Positions 19,761 through 30,106 of a DNA stretch of 64,000 bases are shown here, piece after piece. The DNA comes from Candidatus Latescibacterota bacterium (GTDB lineage: Bacteria > Latescibacterota > UBA2968). A program made the position numbers and the translations under genes. The stretch is from the NCBI GenBank assembly GCA_965222605.1, contig OZ244960.1, positions 1,408,001 to 1,472,000 on the forward strand, written 5' to 3'. The stretch's first letter is position 1; every line of letters starts with the position of its first letter. The notes below the pieces were generated by a model, which was not told the origin of the DNA, searched no databases, and saw only the letters and a program-made list of their open reading frames with translations.

Positions 19761-20747
19761 ATGACCGAAATCATTCACTACCTGTTCCGCGACAAACTGC
19801 CAGAACAGCGCATTGCAAAAATCGAATCGCTCTCGGAAACTCGGGCGCACGCAGTCTGGAAAGTCACGACAGACCGATCGGTATTTGCTGTAAAACACCA
19901 CCTCTTTGCATCGCTCACACACGGCAAACCATACCACTTGCTCGCCGTTGAACAAAAAGTTACAAATCACCTGCTCGCCAGCGGCGTCCCGGTCCCCCGC
20001 ATCATCACAACCGACCCCAATCGCGGCATAGTCATCTACGAATGGTGCGGAGATCATACCCTCGATGACATCTGCCAAACCGCTGATCCCAAACCATTCG
20101 CCCACAGCGTCATCCATACCCTATGCACGCTTGAAAAAGCGTTTTACAATCACGCGACCAAATTCATCCCACACATTGCGCCTGGATGTAGCGCAGATGA
20201 CTTGCGAGAACAGTGGCACAATATCACCCAATCACTGTCTGAAACGCTTCCCGATCTCGTAACGCACGATCCCAATGCCTCAGATCTTCTATCGACCTGG
20301 GAAACCCTCGTAAACGAACTTATCCACGTACCGCCAGTGCTCGGCCCCACCGACTACAACGCCCGCAACATCGCGTGCCCAAATTCAGAGATGGCAACTG
20401 TTCTCGAACTCGCCAAAATTGGCTATGATTGGCCCGAACGTCGCCTGGTACAATACACGACATCGCTCGGCGCGCACAATCCCCGCGGTCGCATTGTTGG
20501 TCTCCTCACACCATCGCTTGCGCGGCACTATGCGCGTTTTGCATCAAAATTGTACTCGACGCCAGCCGAGACCATCCGCCTGCGCCTCGATGCACATCAC
20601 CTCATCTATCACCTGTTCGCAGCCCATATATGCCTGACAACGCCACACTGGCAAAATATCAAAACCCGCCTGGCACAGCATAAAAACCAGATATCCCAGC
20701 CCTTATCCGACCACCCCCTGATGAACAAATTCCGCGCGTATTTTTAA
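19761..20747 (+). CDS. aminoglycoside phosphotransferase (APH)-like kinase
   Basis: FAVKHH, GVPVPRI, PTDYNARN (variant of HxDxxxxN). Confidence 0.65.
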   Translation: MTEIIHYLFRDKLPEQRIAKIESLSETRAHAVWKVTTDRSVFAVKHHLFASLTHGKPYHLLAVEQKVTNHLLASGVPVPRIITTDPNRGIVIYEWCGDHTLDDICQTADPKPFAHSVIHTLCTLEKAFYNHATKFIPHIAPGCSADDLREQWHNITQSLSETLPDLVTHDPNASDLLSTWETLVNELIHVPPVLGPTDYNARNIACPNSEMATVLELAKIGYDWPERRLVQYTTSLGAHNPRGRIVGLLTPSLARHYARFASKLYSTPAETIRLRLDAHHLIYHLFAAHICLTTPHWQNIKTRLAQHKNQISQPLSDHPLMNKFRAYF

Positions 20748-20751
20748 AAAC

Positions 20752-20781
20752 AAAGGCGATCCCATTCCAGGAATCGCCTTT
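20752..20781. terminator. hairpin between convergent genes (probable bidirectional terminator)
   Basis: AAAGGCGAT...ATCGCCTTT 9-bp inverted repeat. Confidence 0.6.
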
Positions 20782-20806
20782 CCCATATGCTACAAAATAC
20801 TCGCAC

Positions 20807-23800
20807 CTACGCAGTATTTATCACCCGTTCAAAAATCGCCCGCGTCTGTGCCATATCGTTCTTTAAAACATCTTCAAACACCTCAGCCGTATCAAACCCC
20901 ATAGCCCGGGCCACTGCTGTCAACGCGCGGTCTTCGGTGGGCAAGTGGGTGCGTGCTTGCTCGTCCTGGCGTCTGATCACTTTTTCAACGGTGCGCAAAA
21001 ACACAAATGCTTGCTGAAGACGTTGTGCATCTTCTGCCTCCAAAAACCCGCCTTCTACCAATCTTCCCAGTGCCTCAAGCGTATTGGCGCTGCGTAGCCC
21101 CGGATGATCTTTGGCGAACTTCAACTGCAAAATTTGTGCAATAAACTCAATATCTACAATCCCCCCCGCATCTGTTTTGATACTCACCACTTTACGAGAT
21201 TTTTGCCCATCTTTGCGCTCCATCTTCTTGCGAATATCCAGCATGGTGGCAACTTCTGCATCTGAAAATCCGGTACCCACAATAAAAGGCTCAAACAAAT
21301 TCAGCAGCTTTTCTCCCAGAACCGCATCGCCAGCGACGACCCGGCTGCGAGACAATGCCATGCGCTCCCAGGTTGACGCGCGCGTCTCCAAATAGCGACT
21401 ATAAGATTCCAAAGACAGTGCCAAAAGCCCGCTTGCCCCCTCGGGACGCAACCGCGGATCCACCGGATAGAGCTTCCCCTGCGGGGTATTCTGTTCCAGC
21501 ATCGCGATCATCTGCTGCGCCAGATCGATAAAAAATTGCAAATTTCCCTGTGGTCTCGCACCATCTGTTTCGCCATCTTCGCCATATACAAATACGATAT
21601 CCAAATCCGATCCAAAGTTCAATTCGCCCCCGCCCATCTTGCCCAGACCCAGCACCACAAACCCGACCTCCTCACCGCTGCGATTGCGCGGCACCCCGCG
21701 CTTTTCAATTAGTCGCGCATAAACCACCTCATAAACCGCCTGCACAATCACATCGGCCAACATCGTCAGTGCCTCAAATGTTTCAAACGTATCGGTCAAG
21801 CCCACGAGATCGCGCGTGCCAAAGCGCAGCAACTCCCGATTTTTTACAGCATTTATCCCCCCCACCAATTCGGGTGTATCACCATACCGCTCAACCTGTG
21901 CGCGAAGCTGTTCTCGCAAAGCGTCCATACCCGGACTGAGATGCAAAACCTCTGCTTCTGGATCCAGATACAAAACCTCTGGGCGAACCAGCCAATCGAG
22001 CAATCCGGGGTTGCGCCTTATCACTTGAACCAGAAATTGGCTACCAACACACAGTGACAACATAAGTTCGCGAAACCCTTGATTAGATGCCAAAATTCGA
22101 AAAAACATATCGCCCGCACCATAAGCAGACACCAGACTTTCCAGATTGCTCAATCCCTGATCGGGATCGGCTGACTCCTGGAGTGCTTGCATCAATGCCG
22201 GCGCCAGTTCTGTAAAGCTCTGACGCGCCCGTGTGCCCCGAATCCGCGGCACGTGCCCAAAAGCCAGATAAATGAGATTGCGATGCGCTTCGCCCGGTCG
22301 ATCAAACCCAATGTCTTCTAATAACCCGCTGGCCTCTGCATCGCCTATTTCCATATTTACCAGCGCGCCTATGGAACGGCCCTCGCTTTCTCTCGCCTCC
22401 GTAAAGACCTGGGCATAAACCTCCTGCACAGCCTTCAAATGGACATCCAGTGTTTTGCGATACGCCTCAGCAGATCCCATATTCATTGCGCGCGCCAGTA
22501 CGCCCTGTTCATCCTCCCCTTCGGGCAGCGAATAAACAATGCGGTTGTGCATCATCTGCAAACGGTGTTCCAAACGTCTGAAAAATACGTAAGCAGCCTT
22601 TAGCTGATCCGCTTCTTCCCCCGACAGCGCAGATACCCGTTGCAACTGCCGGATAGCCTCAAGCGTATTGTCTGACCGCGCATTCTCGTGTATGCGCCCC
22701 ACCAACAACTGCAAACACTGCACAATAAATTCGATATCTCGGATGCCACCAGAGCGCAACTTCAAATGCGTTTCGCGCTGCCCCATGCTTCCAATGCGAT
22801 CTTCAATACGCTCCTTAATGCGGTTGATCTCCGTTGCCGGACTGGTGTCAAAAAAGCGCGGATAAACAAAGGGTTGTACCATCTTCAAAAATCGCTGCCC
22901 CAGGTGTTCAGACCCGGCACAACAACGGGCCTTGATCAACATCTGCCGCTCCCACAACTCGCCCCGCCGCATATAATAGACCTCATATCCGGCAAGAGGC
23001 ATCACGAGTGCGCCGGCCGCACCATCGGGACGCAGGCGCATATCCATGCGATACAAAAATCCTTCGGGGGTCACCTCTGTCGCCGCACGCACAATTTGCT
23101 CACACAATCGGGTAAAAAACTCCTGATTGGTCACAGGCCTTGCACCATCTGTATTGCCCTCGGCGCTATAGACAAACATCAAATCGATATCCGAACTAAA
23201 ATTAAGCTCCATACCACCCAATTTGCCCAACCCAAAAATCGCAAACTCCACGGGCTGTCCATCGGCATTTCGCGGCATGCCATAACGCGTTTGCAGGTCG
23301 GGCAACAAAATATCAATCAGCTTTTGCAAACACACATCTGCCAAAATCGACAAATCAGCCGCAACATATTGAATGGCGCGTCCACCGGCCAGATCGCCCA
23401 CGCCAATACGCAACAACTCGCGCCGCGCACTTCGCCGAACAGCATTGAGTTTGTCTTCGCGCGTATCCACAGCCTCGACAGCCCGATCAAAAGACGCCAA
23501 CAATTGTACTTTCTCACACGACTGTGTAATGCGATCAGGGGCATCTGTCAACCAGTCAAAAATATCGGGATCGCGCACCAGCATATCGGCCATAAAAGGG
23601 CTACCACCCAAAACACTCAACAACATGCGGCACAACTCGGGATGCGCTTTGAGCATGTGTAAAAACGCTGTGCGACTGCTCGTCGCCTGCACGATGCGCG
23701 CAAAATTATTCAGCGCCATATCGGGGTTGGGCGCATCGATCAAGACAGAAAAAAAATCATCGGGGAATTGCCCATCAACCTCTAAGCCAGCCAATTCTTC

Positions 23801-23890
23801 GAGATTGTGCAACGCGCGTACAACATCTCGAAATCCCGCCTGTACAAGCGCGTCTTTTGCGTCGAATGTGTTAAAATCAAAAATGTCCAT
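20807..23890 (-). CDS. glnE: bifunctional glutamine synthetase adenylyltransferase/deadenylase
   Basis: Two NTase domains (GLGKLGGMELNFSSDIDL, GLGKMGGGELNFGSDLDI), DMRLRP/DPRLRP. Confidence 0.95.
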   Translation of the reverse strand: MDIFDFNTFDAKDALVQAGFRDVVRALHNLEELAGLEVDGQFPDDFFSVLIDAPNPDMALNNFARIVQATSSRTAFLHMLKAHPELCRMLLSVLGGSPFMADMLVRDPDIFDWLTDAPDRITQSCEKVQLLASFDRAVEAVDTREDKLNAVRRSARRELLRIGVGDLAGGRAIQYVAADLSILADVCLQKLIDILLPDLQTRYGMPRNADGQPVEFAIFGLGKLGGMELNFSSDIDLMFVYSAEGNTDGARPVTNQEFFTRLCEQIVRAATEVTPEGFLYRMDMRLRPDGAAGALVMPLAGYEVYYMRRGELWERQMLIKARCCAGSEHLGQRFLKMVQPFVYPRFFDTSPATEINRIKERIEDRIGSMGQRETHLKLRSGGIRDIEFIVQCLQLLVGRIHENARSDNTLEAIRQLQRVSALSGEEADQLKAAYVFFRRLEHRLQMMHNRIVYSLPEGEDEQGVLARAMNMGSAEAYRKTLDVHLKAVQEVYAQVFTEARESEGRSIGALVNMEIGDAEASGLLEDIGFDRPGEAHRNLIYLAFGHVPRIRGTRARQSFTELAPALMQALQESADPDQGLSNLESLVSAYGAGDMFFRILASNQGFRELMLSLCVGSQFLVQVIRRNPGLLDWLVRPEVLYLDPEAEVLHLSPGMDALREQLRAQVERYGDTPELVGGINAVKNRELLRFGTRDLVGLTDTFETFEALTMLADVIVQAVYEVVYARLIEKRGVPRNRSGEEVGFVVLGLGKMGGGELNFGSDLDIVFVYGEDGETDGARPQGNLQFFIDLAQQMIAMLEQNTPQGKLYPVDPRLRPEGASGLLALSLESYSRYLETRASTWERMALSRSRVVAGDAVLGEKLLNLFEPFIVGTGFSDAEVATMLDIRKKMERKDGQKSRKVVSIKTDAGGIVDIEFIAQILQLKFAKDHPGLRSANTLEALGRLVEGGFLEAEDAQRLQQAFVFLRTVEKVIRRQDEQARTHLPTEDRALTAVARAMGFDTAEVFEDVLKNDMAQTRAIFERVINTA

Positions 23891-23904
23891 GACGAACCTC
23901 AACT

Positions 23905-24691
<787 letters not shown>

Positions 24692-24698
24692 GCGAACA

Positions 24699-25268
24699 AT
24701 GACTATTCGGGCCATCATCTTTGATATGGACGGTACGCTCACAGAATCTTATATCAACTGGCCGGAGTTGCGATCAAAAATCAATTGCCCGCCCGAAAAA
24801 ACCATCATCCAACACATCGACAACTTACCCGCAAAACAACGCAAACAGGCCAATGATATCCTTCTCCAAAAAGAGTGGGAAGCAGCACAGCATGCCGCCA
24901 TTCGCGTTGGCGCGACAGAACTCATCGACACGCTTCGAGCGCGCAACTACAAACTCGGCCTGGTCACCAACAACCACGGTGCTGCCATGCACCGTGTTAT
25001 CAACCGACTCAATCGCGCCTTTGATGTCGTCTTCAGCCGCGACGACGGCCCCATAAAGCCCAATCCCTATCTCATCCAAAAAACACTAAAAACCCTCGGC
25101 ATTTCCTCAAACGAGGCCATAAGCATTGGCGATAGCCGTTACGATCTCATGGCTTGTGCTGCCGCCCGCGTGCGCTGTATTCACTTCACCGATGGCGCAT
25201 CCGACCTCGCGCACGATCTCCAGGTCGCGTCATTGGATGCGATCATACCGCTTCTGCACCGCCTCTGA
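24699..25268 (+). CDS. HAD-family hydrolase
   Basis: FDMDGTL, VTNN, KPNP, IGDSRYD. Confidence 0.92.
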   Translation: MTIRAIIFDMDGTLTESYINWPELRSKINCPPEKTIIQHIDNLPAKQRKQANDILLQKEWEAAQHAAIRVGATELIDTLRARNYKLGLVTNNHGAAMHRVINRLNRAFDVVFSRDDGPIKPNPYLIQKTLKTLGISSNEAISIGDSRYDLMACAAARVRCIHFTDGASDLAHDLQVASLDAIIPLLHRL

Positions 25269-26439
25269 AAGAGGCCAACTTTTCTGCACACATTCGGATG
25301 CGCGCCAGAGCCTTTTCGATATTTTCCACAGAATTCGCGTAAGAAAACCGCAAATACCCCTCGCCGTATTCGCCAAAGTCCGATCCCGCCAGACAGGCCA
25401 CATGTCCCTCATTCAAAATCACATCAGCGACTTCCGCAGATGACTTGCCCAATCCCGTGACATTTGGAAATGCGTAAAAAGCGCCCTCGGGCATTGGACA
25501 TGTAATCCCGTCAATCGCATTCAAACCCTCTACAATAATCGCACGCCGTTTGCGAAATGCAGCCATCATGGTCTCAACAGCATCCTGCGGTCCCTTCAAT
25601 GCGGACACAGCCGCCATTTGTGTAAACGCAGCCGTACACGAATTGCTATTGACCATCAACCGGTCAAAATGCGGGACGAGATCCATCGGCATCACACCAT
25701 AGCCAATGCGCCAGCCCGTCATAGCATACGTCTTGGAAAACCCATCGAGAATAATCAACAAATCGGCCATACCTTCACACGCCGAAATGCTGTGAAACTC
25801 ATCGCCATAGACCATTCGAGAATAAATCTCATCGGACAATACGGGAATCTGATGCTCAACCGCCACCTCGGCAATCGTCTTCAAATCACCTTCTGGAATC
25901 ACACCCCCCGTGGGATTTTGCGGTGAATTTAAAATAATCAGCTTTGTGCGTTCCGTCACCAGATCGCGCAATTGATCCGCATTTAGGCTAAACCCGCGAT
26001 CCTCCGTCAAAGGCACGGGCACGGGTTTAGCACCCGCAAAGCGAATCACCGACTCGTAAATCGGAAAGCCCGGATTCGGATAAATCACCTCATCGCCACG
26101 CTGGGCCAATGCGAGTATGGCATAAAACATAATCGGCTTGGCACCGGGCGTCACCACCACCTGATCGGGATGCACGTCAATCTGTCGCGTAGTCGAAATC
26201 TCTTCGGCTATTGCCTCCCGCAACTCGGGCAATCCCACGGGAGGACCGTAATGCGTAAACCCATCTGATAATGCTCTTTGCCCTGCCTCCACAATATGCG
26301 CGGGCGTATCAAAATCTGGCTCACCAATTTCCAGATGCACCACATCGCGTCCCATGGCTTCCAGCACACGCGCCTTCACCAGCACCTCAAAAGCAGATTC
26401 CGTGCCCAACAGCGACATGCGATTTGCAATATTCATCAT
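25243..26439 (-). CDS. class I PLP-dependent aminotransferase (aspartate aminotransferase-like)
   Basis: IGEPDF, NSPQNPTG, SDEIY, GFSKTYAMTGWRIGY. Confidence 0.93.
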   Translation of the reverse strand: MMNIANRMSLLGTESAFEVLVKARVLEAMGRDVVHLEIGEPDFDTPAHIVEAGQRALSDGFTHYGPPVGLPELREAIAEEISTTRQIDVHPDQVVVTPGAKPIMFYAILALAQRGDEVIYPNPGFPIYESVIRFAGAKPVPVPLTEDRGFSLNADQLRDLVTERTKLIILNSPQNPTGGVIPEGDLKTIAEVAVEHQIPVLSDEIYSRMVYGDEFHSISACEGMADLLIILDGFSKTYAMTGWRIGYGVMPMDLVPHFDRLMVNSNSCTAAFTQMAAVSALKGPQDAVETMMAAFRKRRAIIVEGLNAIDGITCPMPEGAFYAFPNVTGLGKSSAEVADVILNEGHVACLAGSDFGEYGEGYLRFSYANSVENIEKALARIRMCAEKLASFRGGAEAV

Positions 26440-26454
26440 CTCACCTTTCACGCC

Positions 26455-27018
26455 TCACCGAATAACAATTGCATGTGCGACTTCGGGACCATGCACACCC
26501 AGCGTCAATCGCATTTCAATATCTGCGGTTCGGCTCGGTCCAGAAATAAAAGTTGCCGTTGCATTTTCGGGATGATCCAGATAAAACTGGCGCAACGGCT
26601 CAGCCGCATCCTTCAAATTTTCCAGCAGCGTACTCGCCTTAAAAATACCGATATGTACGCGGGGCAATGTCGAAACAAGACGCACGGCATCATCCAGAGC
26701 AAACTCGACGAGACTTCCCGACTCGGCCACCCCAAAAGCCGCCCAGGACACCCCCACCTCGGCAGCATCAATCGCGTGGGGCAATTCGGAACTATCAAAG
26801 GGCGGCACATACACATCAATCCCCGCATCCACACACGCACGCTCAATAGCATCGTCTAACCCATCTGGCAACTCGGCGAACACAACCCGCTTACAACCGC
26901 CCTCCCTGAGCACATTGACCACAATGGGCGCAACCGCATCAACGCCATCGGCCACATGCGCGATACCAGACAAAGACGCGTACTTTTCGACAAATGCATC
27001 AATTAACTCATCACTCAT
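26455..27018 (-). CDS. LUD-domain protein (LutC/YkgG)
   Basis: FISGPSRTADIE, GVHGP. Confidence 0.9.
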   Translation of the reverse strand: MSDELIDAFVEKYASLSGIAHVADGVDAVAPIVVNVLREGGCKRVVFAELPDGLDDAIERACVDAGIDVYVPPFDSSELPHAIDAAEVGVSWAAFGVAESGSLVEFALDDAVRLVSTLPRVHIGIFKASTLLENLKDAAEPLRQFYLDHPENATATFISGPSRTADIEMRLTLGVHGPEVAHAIVIR

Positions 27019-27195
27019 AATCCACCTATCATATAAAAGTTTTAAAGGGCATCAAAAGTAATGCGAAATACCTTTTCACGCAAGTACACATACAAGTAAG
27101 CCCCTAATTTAAACTTTACACTTTGCACTTTGCAACCCGTCCATTATCTTAAATCTGTTCCCGTACAAACTATCCATTTTTCACTGGTAACTACC

Positions 27196-28194
27196 ATGCG
27201 CTCTCCAATACGCATCGCACAAATCGGCCTTGGGCCACTCGGCCAGATGCTCACCCCTTATCTGATAAAACGATCGGGCATTGAAATTGTCAGCGCCGTT
27301 GATATTGACCCATCCAAAACAAATCGCGACCTGGGCGAAGTGAGCCAATGCGACCAACCCCTCGGCATAGCGATCACCGATGATCTCCGCAGAGGATTGG
27401 CCGACGCAGATCTCGCTGTGGTGACAACCGTATCAGAACTTCAACGCATAGCCCCTACATTAAAAGAAATTATCAACCAGGGCGTCAACATCGTCTCAAC
27501 CTGCGAAGAACTGTCTTATCCCTGGACAACACAACCCGAATTATCCGAAACCATCGACACCTGGGCAAAAGAACACAAGGTCTCTGTACTCGGAACCGGC
27601 ATCAACCCCGGTTTTCTCATGGACTTTTTGCCCACAGCGGCCACGGGCGTGTGTCACACCGTGCAATCCATACGCATAGAACGCATCCAGGATGCCTCTG
27701 CGCGCCGTCTCCCTTTTCAGCAAAAAATAGGGGCTGGCCTCACCGTTGAAGAATTTCAGAGCCTCGTCGCACAAAAAAAAATTCGCCACGTCGGCCTAAC
27801 CGAATCCATGCATATGATCGCAGCGCGATTGGGGTGGCAACTCGACCACACCGAAGACATAGTGGAACCCGTTGTCGCAGAAACGGGGCGTTGTGCAGGC
27901 GTATTGCAAACGGGACGGGGATACCACAACGGACGGGAAGTCCTCACCCTCATCTTCAAAGCCGCCGTCGGACGAGCGATGCACAATGGCGATTCAATCG
28001 AATCTCAGGAGCGCATCCAGATCAATGGCACACCCGCTTATGACCTCATCATACCCGGCGGCATCAACGGCGACATCGCCACCTGTGCAGTTATCGCCAA
28101 TGCCATCCCAATAATCGCATCTGCCGCGCCCGGGCTACGCACCATGATTGACATACCCCCACTTTCCTGCGCGCAAACAATTCATGAGGGATAG
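27196..28194 (+). CDS. dihydrodipicolinate reductase-like / 2,4-diaminopentanoate dehydrogenase family oxidoreductase
   Basis: GLGPLG, STCEELSYP, GTGINPGFLMD, KIGAG, HVGL. Confidence 0.8.
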   Translation: MRSPIRIAQIGLGPLGQMLTPYLIKRSGIEIVSAVDIDPSKTNRDLGEVSQCDQPLGIAITDDLRRGLADADLAVVTTVSELQRIAPTLKEIINQGVNIVSTCEELSYPWTTQPELSETIDTWAKEHKVSVLGTGINPGFLMDFLPTAATGVCHTVQSIRIERIQDASARRLPFQQKIGAGLTVEEFQSLVAQKKIRHVGLTESMHMIAARLGWQLDHTEDIVEPVVAETGRCAGVLQTGRGYHNGREVLTLIFKAAVGRAMHNGDSIESQERIQINGTPAYDLIIPGGINGDIATCAVIANAIPIIASAAPGLRTMIDIPPLSCAQTIHEG

Positions 28195-30081
28195 ATGCCA
28201 CCTGTTATAGGCGATTTTGACCTGCACCTGCACAGCGAAGGCAATCACCATCACATCTACGATTGCCTCGGCGCACACCCCACAGAAAACCAATCGGGCG
28301 TGCGTTTTGCCGTGTGGGCACCCAATGCCCGGCGTGTAAGCGTGGTTGGCGACTTCAACGCCTGGAATGGATGCCAGCACCCCATGCGAAACAGGGGCAG
28401 TACGGGTATATGGGAGCTATTCATCCCCGATCTAACGCCTGGCACCATCTACAAATACGAAATCAAAACCCAAAACGGCGATGTCTTTACCAAGAGCGAC
28501 CCCTATGCCTTCTGTATGGAACACCGCCCGCGCACAGCCTCTGTTGTGTACCAGCCCGACGATGTCTTGTGGTCCGATGCCGATTGGCTGCAAACCCGCC
28601 GCGAAAGAGACCTATACACAGAACCAATCGCCATATACGAAGTACACCTCGGATCCTGGCGGCGTAACCCGCTCGAAGACAACCGATCACTCACCTATCG
28701 CGAACTCGCGCATGAACTAGTCGAATACGTCCTCGAAATGGGCTATACCCACATCGAACTCCTCCCCATCATGGAACATCCCTTAGACGAATCCTGGGGG
28801 TATCAGGTCACGGGCTATTACGCACCAACCAGCCGTTTTGGCACGCCAGATGATTTCAAATATTTCGTCAACCATTGTCACACCCATGGCATTGGCGTCA
28901 TCCTCGATTGGGTACCCGCACACTTTCCAACAGACGCGCATGGACTCGCGCAATTTGACGGTTCAGCCATCTACGAACACGCCGACCCACGGCAAGGGAC
29001 ACACCCCGATTGGGGTACTTTAATTTTCAATTACGGACGCAATGAAGTGCGCAATTTTCTAATTGCCAATGCCCTCTTCTGGATCGAAAAATATCACATC
29101 GACGGCTTGCGCGTCGATGCAGTTGCATCCATGCTCTACCTCGATTATTCGCGCAAAGAAGGCGAATGGATACCCAACCGCTATGGCGGCAGGGAAAATT
29201 TAGACGCCATCGCCTTTATGCATCAACTCAACACCCTGATCCACGAAAAGTTCCCGGGCGTCTTGATGATCGCCGAAGAATCGACCTCATGGCCCGGCGT
29301 CTCTCGCCCCGTTTATCTGGGCGGCCTCGGATTTGGATTCAAATGGAACATGGGCTGGATGAACGACACCCTGTCCTATATCTCTAAAGAACCGATCCAC
29401 CGCAAATACCATCACGACAACCTCACCTTTGGCCTCGTCTATGCCTTTCACGAAAACTTCATCCTCGTACTTTCCCACGACGAAGTCGTTCACGGCAAAC
29501 GCGCACTCATCGACAAAATGCCCGGCGACCGCTGGCAGAAATTCGCCAATCTGCGCGCCTTTTACGCTTTTCAATACGCCCATCCCGGCAAAAAGTTGCT
29601 CTTTATGGGCAGTGAACTCGGCCAATGGCAAGAGTGGTATTCACAGGAGAGCATACACTGGCACCTGCTCGCAGAACCCGATCACGCGGGCCTGAAGCGC
29701 TTTGTGAGAGACCTCAACACGCTCTATCGGGGAGAACCTGCGCTTTACGAACGGGATTTTGACCCCGAAGGATTTGAATGGATCTCGCTTCACGACGCCT
29801 CAAACAGCGTCCTATCCTTCTTGCGCCGCGCGCGATCACACGATGCCCCTTTGATCTTTGCCTGCAACTTTACCCCTGTCCCAAGAGAAAATTATCGCAT
29901 TGGTGTGCCCACCCCGGGCACCTACCGCGAACTCATCAACAGCGATTCCGAACGCTATGGCGGCAGCAACATGGGCAATCTCGGCACTGTTCACACCGCC
30001 CCCATCGCAAGTCACGGACATCCGCAATCCCTGCAAATCACCCTTCCCCCCCTCGCTGCTGTCATATTCAAGCCCGAGTAA
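28195..30081 (+). CDS. glgB: 1,4-alpha-glucan branching enzyme
   Basis: [41 protein letters not shown]. Confidence 0.97.
   Translation: MPPVIGDFDLHLHSEGNHHHIYDCLGAHPTENQSGVRFAVWAPNARRVSVVGDFNAWNGCQHPMRNRGSTGIWELFIPDLTPGTIYKYEIKTQNGDVFTKSDPYAFCMEHRPRTASVVYQPDDVLWSDADWLQTRRERDLYTEPIAIYEVHLGSWRRNPLEDNRSLTYRELAHELVEYVLEMGYTHIELLPIMEHPLDESWGYQVTGYYAPTSRFGTPDDFKYFVNHCHTHGIGVILDWVPAHFPTDAHGLAQFDGSAIYEHADPRQGTHPDWGTLIFNYGRNEVRNFLIANALFWIEKYHIDGLRVDAVASMLYLDYSRKEGEWIPNRYGGRENLDAIAFMHQLNTLIHEKFPGVLMIAEESTSWPGVSRPVYLGGLGFGFKWNMGWMNDTLSYISKEPIHRKYHHDNLTFGLVYAFHENFILVLSHDEVVHGKRALIDKMPGDRWQKFANLRAFYAFQYAHPGKKLLFMGSELGQWQEWYSQESIHWHLLAEPDHAGLKRFVRDLNTLYRGEPALYERDFDPEGFEWISLHDASNSVLSFLRRARSHDAPLIFACNFTPVPRENYRIGVPTPGTYRELINSDSERYGGSNMGNLGTVHTAPIASHGHPQSLQITLPPLAAVIFKPE
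29941..30081 (+). repeat. glgB 3' end, direct repeat copy 1 (copy 2 at 41790-41930)
   Basis: 141 bp, 13 mismatches to copy 2 by manual alignment. Confidence 0.95.
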
Positions 30082-30106
30082 GATCCCTTAAAAAAGAGGT
30101 TTTTTT

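Noticed and set aside
22688-23662. 324-aa ORF antisense to glnE (also 48018-48947, 55731-56753, 17781-18338)
   Set aside because: Shadow ORFs opposite well-supported genes, with no motifs
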